Part shown: positions 17,984 to 28,500 of the stretch, piece after piece
Layout of the letters: the number at the start of each line of letters is the position of its first letter
Numbering within the stretch: position 1 is the stretch's first letter
NCBI GenBank assembly: GCA_041736155.1
Contig: JBGSUL010000032.1
Coordinates: 16,554-80,553 of the forward strand
Source of the DNA: Bdellovibrionales bacterium
GTDB taxonomy: Bacteria; Bdellovibrionota; Bdellovibrionia; Bdellovibrionales; JAGQZY01
Length of the DNA stretch: 64,000 bases
Reading direction: 5' to 3'
Notes under the pieces: model-generated
Told to the model about the DNA's origin: nothing
The model's input: the letters and a program-made list of their open reading frames with translations, nothing else
The model's database searches: none
Translations under genes and position numbers: made by a program

Positions 17984-19471
17984 CTAGAGAGAGTAGGACA
18001 CGGCTGTTTGGACAAACTTAAATAATGGTGCGGAGAATATTCCAAAAATAATCATCACCAAAGCCATGACAAGGGCGATCGCTTGCGTCAGATAAGCACT
18101 CGACGAAACTGTCATTGTGCCCCCCTCGTGCATATACATCGTGACGATGGGGCGAAGGTAAAAATAAACACCAATGGCAGAGCCCACCATAGCCATAACC
18201 CCCAGCCAGAAAAACCCTTGATTCATCACTGCGGCGATTAAATAAAATTTGCCGAAGAATCCTAACGTGGGAGGAAGTCCTGCGAGGCTTAATAATAAAA
18301 CAGCCAAAGCAAACGCGGCGAGTGGTGCGCGATACGCAAGGCCCTTAATATCATCAATCAATAAAATACTATCGGCTTTGCTCTCCAATGCTGAAACGAT
18401 GGAGAACGATCCGATGGTCATAAGAACGTAAGTGAGCAGATAAAAAAGTAAACTCGTTGTTCCTTCTTCAGAGGATACACCAAATCCGGCCGCCACTAAA
18501 CCCAAGAGGGCATAACCAGAATGCGCTATGCTCGAGTAAGCCAACATACGCTTAATGTTTTCTTGGCGGAGAGCAGCCAAACTACCACCGATAATCGTGA
18601 GAACCGCTAACCACTGCAGCACATACACAAGATGAGATTCTTCGACGGCATCGGTGTATAAAAAGAGTCTTAAGAAGGCAATAAAACAGGCCAGCTTTAC
18701 TCCCGTGGCCATCAATGTGGTCACTGGCGTCGCGCTCCCTTGATAAACATCGGGTGCCCAGGCATGAAACGGCATCAATGAAACTTTAAATGCCATTCCC
18801 GCAATCAGCAGTCCCATTCCTAATATAAAAATTTTGCTACTTACAAATAGCTCAGCGCTCTTTACACCAATCTCCTGCAACATTACAGTTCCTGTGGATC
18901 CGTAAACAAAGGCAATCCCATAAAGAAAAATAGCCGAGCCCACAGCGCCAAGAACAAAATATTTAAACGCAGCTTCTTTGGAGAGAACTTGTTCTTTACT
19001 CAAGGCGATCAAAATATAAATACTCAATGACATTAATTCGATGGCGATAAATGTAATCAAAAGATGATTGGCCATGGTGACCAACACCATACCCACCACA
19101 GCACTGAGAACGAGAAAAATATGTTCAGAAAACTGATGATCGCGCGTCGCTTTGTTTTCATAAAGCTGCATCAGCACAAAGCCCGCAATAATATAGAGCA
19201 CATACGCCGCCCACACGGCGATGCCGTCAACGATGAGCGCGCCAGAGAACGCTGTGATAAAATTTAATTCAGAAAGACGCCAATAACCACTGACCAAAGA
19301 AATATTTAAACCGGCCGCCGCAACCACGCCGACAATCGCCCACACTAACGAAACAAACGGCGCCATCTCCCGCCCGCGAAAAGCTTTGACGGAAATTGGA
19401 ATCAAACTCGCCAAAAACAAAACAATCAGAGGACTAAGGACTAAAAGATCGGCGGGATTTACGGGCAACAT
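17984..19471 (-). CDS. nuoN: NADH-quinone oxidoreductase subunit N
   Basis: A polytopic antiporter-like protein and the last gene of the nuo string. The start at MLPVNPADLL lies 1 nt after the nuoM stop. Confidence 0.9.
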   Translation of the reverse strand: MLPVNPADLLVLSPLIVLFLASLIPISVKAFRGREMAPFVSLVWAIVGVVAAAGLNISLVSGYWRLSELNFITAFSGALIVDGIAVWAAYVLYIIAGFVLMQLYENKATRDHQFSEHIFLVLSAVVGMVLVTMANHLLITFIAIELMSLSIYILIALSKEQVLSKEAAFKYFVLGAVGSAIFLYGIAFVYGSTGTVMLQEIGVKSAELFVSSKIFILGMGLLIAGMAFKVSLMPFHAWAPDVYQGSATPVTTLMATGVKLACFIAFLRLFLYTDAVEESHLVYVLQWLAVLTIIGGSLAALRQENIKRMLAYSSIAHSGYALLGLVAAGFGVSSEEGTTSLLFYLLTYVLMTIGSFSIVSALESKADSILLIDDIKGLAYRAPLAAFALAVLLLSLAGLPPTLGFFGKFYLIAAVMNQGFFWLGVMAMVGSAIGVYFYLRPIVTMYMHEGGTMTVSSSAYLTQAIALVMALVMIIFGIFSAPLFKFVQTAVSYSL

Positions 19472-19472
19472 A

Positions 19473-21014
19473 TTAGTTATTCTCCTGTGCTGGCTCGGTC
19501 TCTGAACCGTAAATTTTGAGCTGATAATTGTTTTTATTCTCAATGAAATGTCGAATCGACGTTTCGCTGTAGGATAAAAAATGTTGAGGGAAAATCCCCA
19601 TCCAGAAGATCAGAACAACGATGGGCGAAAGCACCAACTTTTCGCGCAGGCTCAGATCGAGCATGCCTTTGTGTTTCACAACTGTTTCTCCAGCTTCGCC
19701 AAAGAAAACTTTTTTCACCATCCACAACATATAGGCTGCGCCAAGGATCACACCCAGAACGGCGACTCCCGCTAAATATTTATTGTAACCATAAGTTCCA
19801 AGGAGAACTAAAAACTCTCCCACAAACCCATTGGTCATCGGAACTGCTATGCTTGAAAAGGTGATGATCAAAAAGAAAATGGCGTAGATAGGCATCGCCT
19901 TGGCGAGACCGCCGTATTTAGCAATTTCGCGTGTATGGGTTCTCTCGTAGATCATACCCACCAAAAGGAATAATCCACCAGTACTCACACCATGCGCAAG
20001 CATTTGATAAAGACCACCTGTCACACCAAAACTATTGAGTACAAATAAACCCACTATCACATAACCCATATGGGAAACTGATGAGTACGCCACCAGTTTT
20101 TTTATGTCGACTTGCACCATGGCCACAAGAGCTCCGTAAATTATACCGATGACACCGACGGCGATAAATAACCATCCCCAGGCCGCTGCCGCTTCAGGAA
20201 AAACGGGGAGAACAAAACGTACAAAACCATACGTTCCCATTTTCAACATCACCCCCGCAAGTATAACTGATCCCGCAGTAGGAGCTTGAACGTGCGCATC
20301 AGGAAGCCACGTGTGCAATGGAAAGACTGGCACTTTGATAGCAAAGGCCACTGCAAACGCAAAGAATAACAGCGTTTGTGGTGTAAAAAAGTCGCCCGCA
20401 ACAAAAGGAATGTTCAGCTGATAAAAATCGAGAACACTGGCGCTATAGTAACCAAGCTGCGCTTTACATTGCAAAATCATGTAAACAATGGCTGCAAGCA
20501 TAAAGACTGAACCGGCCATGGTATAAATAAAAAACTTATAGGTGGCATAGATTCTGTTTTCGCCACCCCAGATTCCAATCATAAAATACATCGGAACAAG
20601 TGAGAGTTCGAAAAACAAATAGAAAAGGACACTGTCGATCGCCAAGAAAGAACCTATCACCGCCGCTTGCAAAACAAACAAAGCAATGTGAAAGCCTTTG
20701 ACGTTTTTCTCAATCGCAGTCCAGCTAGCACCGATCACGAGCGGCGTGAGAAGTGAGGTCAGTAACACCAAAAGAACCGACCAGCCATCGACACCCAAAA
20801 AGTACGAAATCCCATAATCCGGAAGCCAATTGGCATACTCCACCAACTGAAGATCGGCGCTCCCTTTATCAAATTTATTCAGCAGCAATAAACTTTCCGC
20901 AAAAAGGAATAAAGAGCTGAGGAGAGAAAAGCGACGGATCGCTTCGGCAGAATTTACAAAAAGTAAAACTCCAGCAATCATCAACGGCAGTATAATCAAA
21001 CTCGTTAAAAACAT
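19473..21014 (-). CDS. nuoM: NADH-quinone oxidoreductase subunit M
   Basis: 513 aa, antiporter-like, with LHTWLPDAHVQAPTAGSV (NuoM/ND4 signature). Confidence 0.93.
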   Translation of the reverse strand: MFLTSLIILPLMIAGVLLFVNSAEAIRRFSLLSSLFLFAESLLLLNKFDKGSADLQLVEYANWLPDYGISYFLGVDGWSVLLVLLTSLLTPLVIGASWTAIEKNVKGFHIALFVLQAAVIGSFLAIDSVLFYLFFELSLVPMYFMIGIWGGENRIYATYKFFIYTMAGSVFMLAAIVYMILQCKAQLGYYSASVLDFYQLNIPFVAGDFFTPQTLLFFAFAVAFAIKVPVFPLHTWLPDAHVQAPTAGSVILAGVMLKMGTYGFVRFVLPVFPEAAAAWGWLFIAVGVIGIIYGALVAMVQVDIKKLVAYSSVSHMGYVIVGLFVLNSFGVTGGLYQMLAHGVSTGGLFLLVGMIYERTHTREIAKYGGLAKAMPIYAIFFLIITFSSIAVPMTNGFVGEFLVLLGTYGYNKYLAGVAVLGVILGAAYMLWMVKKVFFGEAGETVVKHKGMLDLSLREKLVLSPIVVLIFWMGIFPQHFLSYSETSIRHFIENKNNYQLKIYGSETEPAQENN

Positions 21015-21021
21015 TTCTTCC

Positions 21022-22953
21022 TCACATCATTAAAAGTAAGAGTGTTGCCACTACGCCCACCAACATCATCAAAGTGTAGGTTTGCAACTGACCCGTTTGT
21101 AGGGATCGTAAGCCTTCGCCAGCGCTGCGAATAAAATCTGTCAGTTTATATGTGGCGAGATCCACCAAGCCAATATCCACCTTCACCCATAAAAGGCGCG
21201 ACGCCTTGACGAGGGGCTGTATAAGCACTGCTTGATAAATTTCATCGACATAATATTTGTTGGCGATGAGCTCATGAAGGGGGCGAAGCTTTTCGGACAA
21301 GGCCTTCGCCACCGATGGCTTCGTCGCATACATATAGTAGGCAATTCCCGCGGAAACAGTGGCGAGGAGAATAGTGATCACCATGAGCAGCATTTCAAGA
21401 GAAAGTGATCCGTGTTCCAATCCTGGAATTGGGCGAATCACCGGCTCTAACCAATGCTCTAAAATGTTTGATGGGTGTCCTGGCAAAAATGTGGCGAGTC
21501 CGTGAGGAACTCCCAACCATCCTGCAAAAACAGAAAGCACTGCAAGTACGACCAGTGGAATATACATGGTCGCTGGCGCTTCGTGAGGATGAATGTCTTT
21601 AGGCACGCGCGAAGCACCCCAAAAAGTCATCGCCATTAAACGTGTCATGTAAAAGGCGGTACACGTTGCGGTGATCAATGCCACAAACCACAGTGCGGGA
21701 CTGCCCAGCGGACTGTGAAACGACATCCATAAAATTTCATCTTTACTAAAAAATCCCGAGAAGAAGGGTGCGCCAATAATCGCCAACCACCCGCAAACAA
21801 AAGTCCAATGCGTGACAGGAAGATATTTTTTCAGTCCCCCCATTTTACGCATGTCTTGTTCTTCGTGCATGGCATGGATCACGCTACCCGAACCCAAAAA
21901 CATGAGCGCTTTAAAAAAAGCGTGAGTCATCAAATGGAAAAAGCCGGCGCCGAACGCGCCCACACCCACGGCGAGAAACATGTAGCCCAGTTGCGAAACT
22001 GTGGAGTACGCGAGAACTTTTTTAATATCATTTTGTGCAATACCAATCGTTGCCGCAAACAAAGCTGTGGCTGCACCAACAATGGCCACCACGGCCATGG
22101 CGTTGGGAGCTAAGAGAAACAACGGATTTAGACGGATGATCATGTAGACACCCGCCGTCACCATGGTCGCCGCGTGGATCAAAGCAGAAACAGGTGTTGG
22201 GCCCGCCATCGCATCAGGAAGCCAAACATACAGTGGAATTTGCGCTGATTTTCCCATGGCTCCAATAAAAAGAAATAAACACGCCAAAGTCATCGCGCCC
22301 GTCCATGCCATTTCGGTGGTCGCTGGCAAGGCCGTGATCAGCTGTGCAAAATCTATTGTTCCAAAGGTAAAAAACAACGTGAAAATCCCTAAAAGAAAAC
22401 CCGCATCACCAATACGATTGGTAATAAATGCTTTCATCCCCGCTGCGGCTTTTTCTTTATCAGAAAACCAGAAGCCGATCAGGAGATACGAACAGAGCCC
22501 TACGCCTTCCCAACCAACAAACATGAGGACGAGGTTGGCTCCCAGTACAAGAAGTAACATGTTAAAAACAAAAAAATTGAGATAGCTAAAATATTTGGAA
22601 GGTCGCTCGTCGTGCGACATATAACCGATACTGAACAAATGAATCAGCGATCCGACACCGGTTATGATCATCACCATCAAAATCGAAAGCGGATCGATCA
22701 CAAAAGCGACCGGAATTTCTAATCCCCCTAAAGACAACCACTGAAAGTATTCAACGCGTATGTGTCGTTGGTCGGGTGCAAAATTTAAAAGTTGCGTAAA
22801 AAAGGCCAACGCCGAAGCAAAAGAAACTGCCACTGCGGATGTGGCCACAGCTCCTGCCAAAATTCCGTTGTGACTGCGAAAGCGCAATCCATTAAAAAGA
22901 AATCCGGCCACCGGCGCTAACAATAATATGGCTAATAGAACTTGATTCGACAT
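21022..22953 (-). CDS. nuoL: NADH-quinone oxidoreductase subunit L
   Basis: 643 aa with WLPDAMAGPTPVSALIHAATMVTAG (NuoL/ND5 signature) and a long C-terminal lateral-helix region. Confidence 0.95.
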   Translation of the reverse strand: MSNQVLLAILLLAPVAGFLFNGLRFRSHNGILAGAVATSAVAVSFASALAFFTQLLNFAPDQRHIRVEYFQWLSLGGLEIPVAFVIDPLSILMVMIITGVGSLIHLFSIGYMSHDERPSKYFSYLNFFVFNMLLLVLGANLVLMFVGWEGVGLCSYLLIGFWFSDKEKAAAGMKAFITNRIGDAGFLLGIFTLFFTFGTIDFAQLITALPATTEMAWTGAMTLACLFLFIGAMGKSAQIPLYVWLPDAMAGPTPVSALIHAATMVTAGVYMIIRLNPLFLLAPNAMAVVAIVGAATALFAATIGIAQNDIKKVLAYSTVSQLGYMFLAVGVGAFGAGFFHLMTHAFFKALMFLGSGSVIHAMHEEQDMRKMGGLKKYLPVTHWTFVCGWLAIIGAPFFSGFFSKDEILWMSFHSPLGSPALWFVALITATCTAFYMTRLMAMTFWGASRVPKDIHPHEAPATMYIPLVVLAVLSVFAGWLGVPHGLATFLPGHPSNILEHWLEPVIRPIPGLEHGSLSLEMLLMVITILLATVSAGIAYYMYATKPSVAKALSEKLRPLHELIANKYYVDEIYQAVLIQPLVKASRLLWVKVDIGLVDLATYKLTDFIRSAGEGLRSLQTGQLQTYTLMMLVGVVATLLLLMM

Positions 22954-22959
22954 TAAAAC

Positions 22960-23277
22960 CTACCCACGCAAGTGCTCAAAAAAGCTGATGTTCAATTCTT
23001 TGAACTTTTTAAATAACATCACCGCCAAAGCAAGACCGATACTCGCCTCTGCGGCTGCGATCGCCATCACAAAAAGGACAATCACCTGACCCTCTAAATT
23101 CTGTTGAAAATAAGAAAAGGTCACAAAAGAAAGATTCACAGCATTTAACATCAACTCAATGGACATGAGCATAACTATCATATTTCGGCGCAAGAGAATG
23201 CCGGTCAATCCCAGGCAAAATAAAATAGCCGATACAATTAAGTAGTGTTCCTGACCGATCATCAGACTAGCGCTCAT
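22960..23277 (-). CDS. nuoK: NADH-quinone oxidoreductase subunit K
   Basis: About 100 aa with 3 TM segments. SIELMLNAVNLSFV and AAAEASIGLA are NuoK/ND4L motifs. The start could instead be M6 (23262). Confidence 0.92.
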   Translation of the reverse strand: MSASLMIGQEHYLIVSAILFCLGLTGILLRRNMIVMLMSIELMLNAVNLSFVTFSYFQQNLEGQVIVLFVMAIAAAEASIGLALAVMLFKKFKELNISFFEHLRG

Positions 23278-23779
23278 GTGTTCCTCCTCGGATACGCGTC
23301 AGAGCCACAATCCCTACGGGAATGACCAACAACATAATCCCCAAAAGTTCAAAGGCGAGAACGTACTTTGTAAATAACAATCGTGCGATATCCACCACTT
23401 CTGTAGCCTGCTGAGCCACGAGAATTTTGGTCGACATGGGCGTGCGCAAAATAATCGATGTGAGAAGTCCGGCGAAAACCCCGACGGTGAGACCTTTAAA
23501 AAGCGCAGAAATATTTCCACCACTAAACTTCTCTTCATCTTTATTGATGTCGATCAACATCATCACAAGAACAAACAAGACCATGACGGCACCGGCGTAG
23601 ACCATGATTTGCACGGCTCCGATAAACGGTGCTTGTAACAAAAAGAATAATCCCGCTATGCCCAACATCGATAATACCAAGTAAAGGGCGCTCATCAGAG
23701 GATTTTCATTCATCACAACACCGACCGCCGTTAAAACAGTGACCGCTGCTAAAAAATAAAAAAGAATAATTTCAGCCAT
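23267..23779 (-). CDS. nuoJ: NADH-quinone oxidoreductase subunit J
   Basis: MAEIILFYFLAAVTVLTAVGVVMNENPLMSALYLVLSML is typical of NuoJ/ND6. The start overlaps the nuoH stop (TAATG). The track ORF extends to 23863. Confidence 0.9.
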   Translation of the reverse strand: MAEIILFYFLAAVTVLTAVGVVMNENPLMSALYLVLSMLGIAGLFFLLQAPFIGAVQIMVYAGAVMVLFVLVMMLIDINKDEEKFSGGNISALFKGLTVGVFAGLLTSIILRTPMSTKILVAQQATEVVDIARLLFTKYVLAFELLGIMLLVIPVGIVALTRIRGGTHER

Positions 23780-24939
23780 TACAACACTCCTCCGCCACCT
23801 ACCAGAATTAAAAAGGCGGTGATTAAGACGTTCGCTAAGGCCCATGGCAACATTGTTTTCCAACCCAAATCCATGAGTTGATCATAACGAAAGCGCGGCA
23901 AAGTCCAACGAACCCAAATAAAAACCCATAGGAAAAAAAGAACTTTCAGGAGGAACACTAGGAACAGCGCCATGGCCGCCATCACATTCCCCATATTATA
24001 AGAAGTAAACGCCCCGCGCACCGCTGTCGTCAGCGAGTCCGATAGGTGAAATGGTAATTCATAACCACCAAAATAAAATGTCGTCATCACCGCCGAGGCC
24101 ACCATCATGTGACCGTATTCCCCGATATAGAACATCAGCATTTTAAGACCACCGTACTCTGTGTGGTATCCCGCCACCAATTCGCCTTCGGCTTCGGGTA
24201 AGTCAAACGGTAGACGATTTGTCTCGGCAAAAGCGGCTGTGGCAAATAACAAAAATCCCAACGGTTGATAAAAAATTCCCCAGTTTGGCAAAAAGGGAAC
24301 TACCAATTCACGACCGAAAAAATAAAAATGCAGTGGACCTTTTTGTAACTCAATCATTTGTGAAAAATTGAGCGTTTGATAAAGCATCAGCAAGCCCACC
24401 AAAGAAAGACCCATAGCTAGCTCATAACTGACCATCTGTGCACTGGCGCGAAGAGCGCCAAATAACGAATACTTATTATTAGAACCCCAACCTGCGAGCA
24501 AAAGCGCATAAGCTCCCAAAGATGAAATCGCTAAAATAAAAAGAATGCCGATGTTGAGATCATAGCTTTGGAATTTGAATGTATAGGGTCCCCAATGACT
24601 ACCGAACATATCAAATGGTTGAATTTCAATAGGCATTGAGAGCGGGATTCCGCCAAAGGCAATGGCTCCCGGAACAAGCGCCAGTACTGGAGCTGCATAA
24701 TAAAGAAGGGCGTGACTGCTCGGTGGCACAAATTCTTCTTTAAACAAAAATTTAACTGCATCCGCGAGAAGTTGTGTCAGCCCCAATGGTCCGACCCGAT
24801 TGGGGCCAAAACGATTTTGAATAAACGCTGAGCCACGTCTCTCTACCCAAACAAGAATGGGCACAAGCTGCACCATCAGCAAAAAAATCAGGAGCATCTT
24901 AACAACGTTTACCGTAATTTCAAAAACATCCGATCCCAT
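23779..24939 (-). CDS. nuoH: NADH-quinone oxidoreductase subunit H
   Basis: VERRGSAFIQNRFGPNRVGPLGLTQLLADAVK and ETNRLPFDLPEAEGELVAGYHTEYGG are NuoH/ND1 signatures. Confidence 0.95.
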   Translation of the reverse strand: MGSDVFEITVNVVKMLLIFLLMVQLVPILVWVERRGSAFIQNRFGPNRVGPLGLTQLLADAVKFLFKEEFVPPSSHALLYYAAPVLALVPGAIAFGGIPLSMPIEIQPFDMFGSHWGPYTFKFQSYDLNIGILFILAISSLGAYALLLAGWGSNNKYSLFGALRASAQMVSYELAMGLSLVGLLMLYQTLNFSQMIELQKGPLHFYFFGRELVVPFLPNWGIFYQPLGFLLFATAAFAETNRLPFDLPEAEGELVAGYHTEYGGLKMLMFYIGEYGHMMVASAVMTTFYFGGYELPFHLSDSLTTAVRGAFTSYNMGNVMAAMALFLVFLLKVLFFLWVFIWVRWTLPRFRYDQLMDLGWKTMLPWALANVLITAFLILVGGGGVL

Positions 24940-24940
24940 C

Positions 24941-25306
24941 TTAATCCCACTCCAAAGCTTTCGCTTTAATTTCCCACATCAATCCAAAAACGAAGAGGCC
25001 GATAAAAACAAAAAGTTCCCAAAATAAAAAAGCGCCCTGTCCTTTGTCGACAAATTCGCGATAGACCACCGCCCATGGGTACAAAAAAAGAATTTCTATA
25101 TCGAACATAATGAACAGAATGGCGGTGAGATAAAAACGAATGGATACGTTGGTTTTTTTATTTTCTTGCCCTGGCAAACCACACTCATAGGGCATATATT
25201 TTGCGGCCGTTTTTTTCTTTTTAGGACCGACAAGCGATGCCCCATACACCAATAAGGTGCCAAAAGTTGCGACAATGAGAGCGAGCACAAGCACTGGTAA
25301 AATCAT
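24941..25306 (-). CDS. nuoA: NADH-quinone oxidoreductase subunit A
   Basis: YECGLPG...RFYLTAILFIMFDIEILFLYPWA is the NuoA/ND3 signature. The start is taken at MILPVLVL. Its stop lies 1 nt before the nuoH ATG. Confidence 0.92.
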   Translation of the reverse strand: MILPVLVLALIVATFGTLLVYGASLVGPKKKKTAAKYMPYECGLPGQENKKTNVSIRFYLTAILFIMFDIEILFLYPWAVVYREFVDKGQGAFLFWELFVFIGLFVFGLMWEIKAKALEWD

Positions 25307-25566
25307 CCGATGTTCCTCTTGTTTGCTGTTTCTCGTGCTTCGACAATTTGAAACACGCGGACACGCTTTATAATGTAAGACCAATCTAATTAACTATAGG
25401 AAGTTGCTACAAATTTCGAGCTCTTTTTCTATTCACAACCTTCATGATTGGCTGCGTAACAAACGCTTCAAAGGACGCTCTTTTCCGAGCGTATTTTGCA
25501 ACTCTCTTTTCCACCCTCTCTTTTGCCACTGTCTTATTGTGCGAACTTGTGAGAAACGTGAGGCTC

Positions 25567-28500
25567 ATGGCTTTTTTAAATTTTGATTCGACTCTGCAAC
25601 AAAACCTAGGGGCCCAACCCTTACGAGTTATCTCCTCTGATCCCCATGTGAGTGCGGCACTTCTTTTGGGTCAATCTTTAAGTGCGCAAAAATCCTCTCA
25701 TAATCTTGTTATTACTAAAGATTTAGGCTCTGCCCAAAAATTGATCTCCTATTTGGATCTTTTTGGAAGTTTTTTGAATCTACGACCCGCTCCGGTTTTT
25801 TTGTTACCGCCCCACGATATTTCTCCGTATTCTGGTCTCTACAGTTCACGCCCTGCCATGCTGCAGCGTTTGCGCTGGTTGTATTATGCTTCTATGCCAC
25901 CGCCCGGAGCTATCTTCATTGCTCCCCTGAAAGCGCTGGCGCAGTTTACTCTGTCGCAAGATCTTCTTCTTAATTCTGCTCAGTTTTTTAAAAAGGGTGA
26001 CTCGCTGCCTGAAAATTGGGCTTTTTATTTATCCACCTTAGGCTACAAAAGTGTACCCGTGGTCGAAGATGCCGGCACTTTTGCTTTGCGTGGGGGAATT
26101 CTCGATATTTTTTCCCCTGCCCATGACTTACCTTTGCGGGTCGAACTTTTTGGGGATCAGATCGAATCCTTGCGATGGTTTCATCCACAAACACAAACTT
26201 CCATCGAAGAAGCCACAGAGTTTACCCTTCTTCCAGCACACGAAATTCTTTTTTCCGAAGATCGCATCTTGCGCTGCTGCCAAAAATTGAGCGAGCGCGA
26301 AAGCGAAACTGATATCACGTCTCTTCAATCACAAATTCGCAATCAAACATATTTTGACGGCATTGAGTATTTGGCACCACTTTTTTACAAAGAAAAAACT
26401 TTTGCTATCGATTATCTTCCACCAAACACCGTCGTCTGGTCCCCCGATGCCATTGCCGCTGATGCCCAATGGACTACCGACTTTCACCATCTTCGTGAAG
26501 AGTATCAGCAGTACAAAACCCATATTCCCACGCCCGATGAACTTTACTGCTCTCCCGAAGCTTTACAGCAAAAACTTCCAACAAAAAATAAAATTGAATT
26601 TGAAATTCTCGACACGGCCGACGGCGATCCTCGTCACGTTTTAGAATTCTCCTCGCGAAATATTCCACCCGCCAAGACCAACACCTTTAACGAAAAGGTG
26701 GATTTTCTTATTCAAAAAGTTGAGGAATGGAAAAACAGCCGCGCCACGGTCTTTTTGTGTGGCAACTCCGAAACACAATTTAAAAGACTCGAATTGGCTT
26801 TCCAAGAGCATCAGCTTTCCCTGAAATGGATCGATCACAAATCAGATCTTTCGACTTTGCGTGAAACACAAAATAAAAACACAGTTTACTTTTTACACCA
26901 CACTTTTGACACGAGTTTTCAGTCCCTGAACGAAGCTTTAGTTTTTGTCGGCGTTGAACACTTTTTAAAAAAGAGCGAGGCGCGCAGCAGCTCCGTCAAA
27001 GCCACAATGGATCAAGCCGAAGCTTTGAGTTTTTCCGAACTCCGCGAAGGCGATCCCATTGTTCACAATCAGCACGGCGTGGCGCTTTACATGGGTTTGC
27101 GGGTCATGAATATCAGTGGAGTCGAGGCAGAATTTCTTGAATTAAAATTTAAAGATAATGATAAACTTTTTTTACCGATTTATCGCCTCAGCCAAGTTCA
27201 TAAATATTCCGGGGCGGGAAACCATCATATTCTCGATAAATTGGGTGGCAAACAGTGGGAAAAAACCAAAGCCAAAGTACAGACTCGCCTTCGTGAGGTA
27301 GCAAATGAGCTGGTGCAGCTTTATGCCAAAAGGCGAACCCTCACGCGCCCAGCATATGAAGTGCAAACTTCGGAGATGCAACAGTTCGAAGACGCCTTTC
27401 CCTATGAAGAAACCGCGGATCAACTTCGTGCGCACGAAGATATTAAAAAGGATTTATCCAACGAACGCCCCATGGATCGTTTGATCTGTGGAGATGTTGG
27501 TTTTGGCAAAACTGAAGTGGCCATGCGCGCCGCCTTTCTTGTGGCTTCTCAGCGCCGGCAAGTGGCTATTTTAGCTCCGACAACCATTCTGACATTTCAG
27601 CATATGGAAACTTTCAAAAAGCGCTTCTCAGGTTGGCCACTGAAGATCGCTGTTCTCAATCGTTTCATCAGTACGACCGACGTGCAAAAAATTCTTAAGG
27701 AAGTCAAAGAGGGCGCGGTGGATATTCTGATCGGCACCCATCGTCTTTTGAGTAGTGATGTTCAGTTTACCAATCTGGGCCTACTCGTCATTGATGAAGA
27801 ACAAAAATTCGGTGTAAAACACAAAGAAAAAATTCGTTACATGAAAAACACCGTGGACACTCTCTCGATGTCGGCGACACCTATTCCGCGCACACTCAAC
27901 ATGAGTCTACTTGGTTTACGCGATCTCAGTCTTATTAATACTCCACCACATGATCGGTTGCCCACCCGTACTTTTGTTTCGAAATTTGACATGAGTGTGA
28001 TTCGAAAAAATGTTCTCTCTGAAATCAAGCGAGGCGGCCAAGTCTTTTTTCTGCACAATCGGGTACAAAGTATTTATGCTTTGGCCGACGAACTCCGCGA
28101 AAATCTTCCCGGGGTGCGTATGGCTGTGGCCCATGGGCAAATGGAAGAACACGAGTTGGAAAAAGCCATTATTGCTTTTTTTAATAAAGAAATCGATATG
28201 CTCGTGTGCACAACGATCATCGAATCGGGGATGGACATCCCCAATGCCAACACCATGTTCGTCGACCAAGCGCAAGCCTTGGGGCTCAGTCAACTTTATC
28301 AGTTGCGCGGTCGCGTGGGGCGCGGCAAACAGCGGGCCTTCTGCTATTTACTGATTCCGCGCAGTGGAACGTTGGATGACATTGCCAAAGAACGCTTACG
28401 CATTCTTCAACAAAATTCGGCCTTGGGGAGCGGAATCCAAATTGCGCAATATGATCTCGAACTTCGCGGCGCTGGCACTCTGCTCGGCGAAGAGCAGTCT

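Noticed and set aside
22163-22585. 140-aa ORF on the plus strand, with similar ORFs at 21808-22113 and 21405-21602
   Set aside because: They are antisense to nuoL, which has clear ND5-family signatures. The other antisense ORFs across the nuo, atp, mfd, lon and gyrB genes are rejected for the same reason.
25345-25375. TTGAAA-N15-TATAAT on the plus strand in the nuoA-mfd divergent spacer
   Set aside because: The perfect -10 is tempting as an mfd promoter. However, the 15-nt spacing is poor and it would give a ~190-nt leader. I could not support it further from sequence alone.
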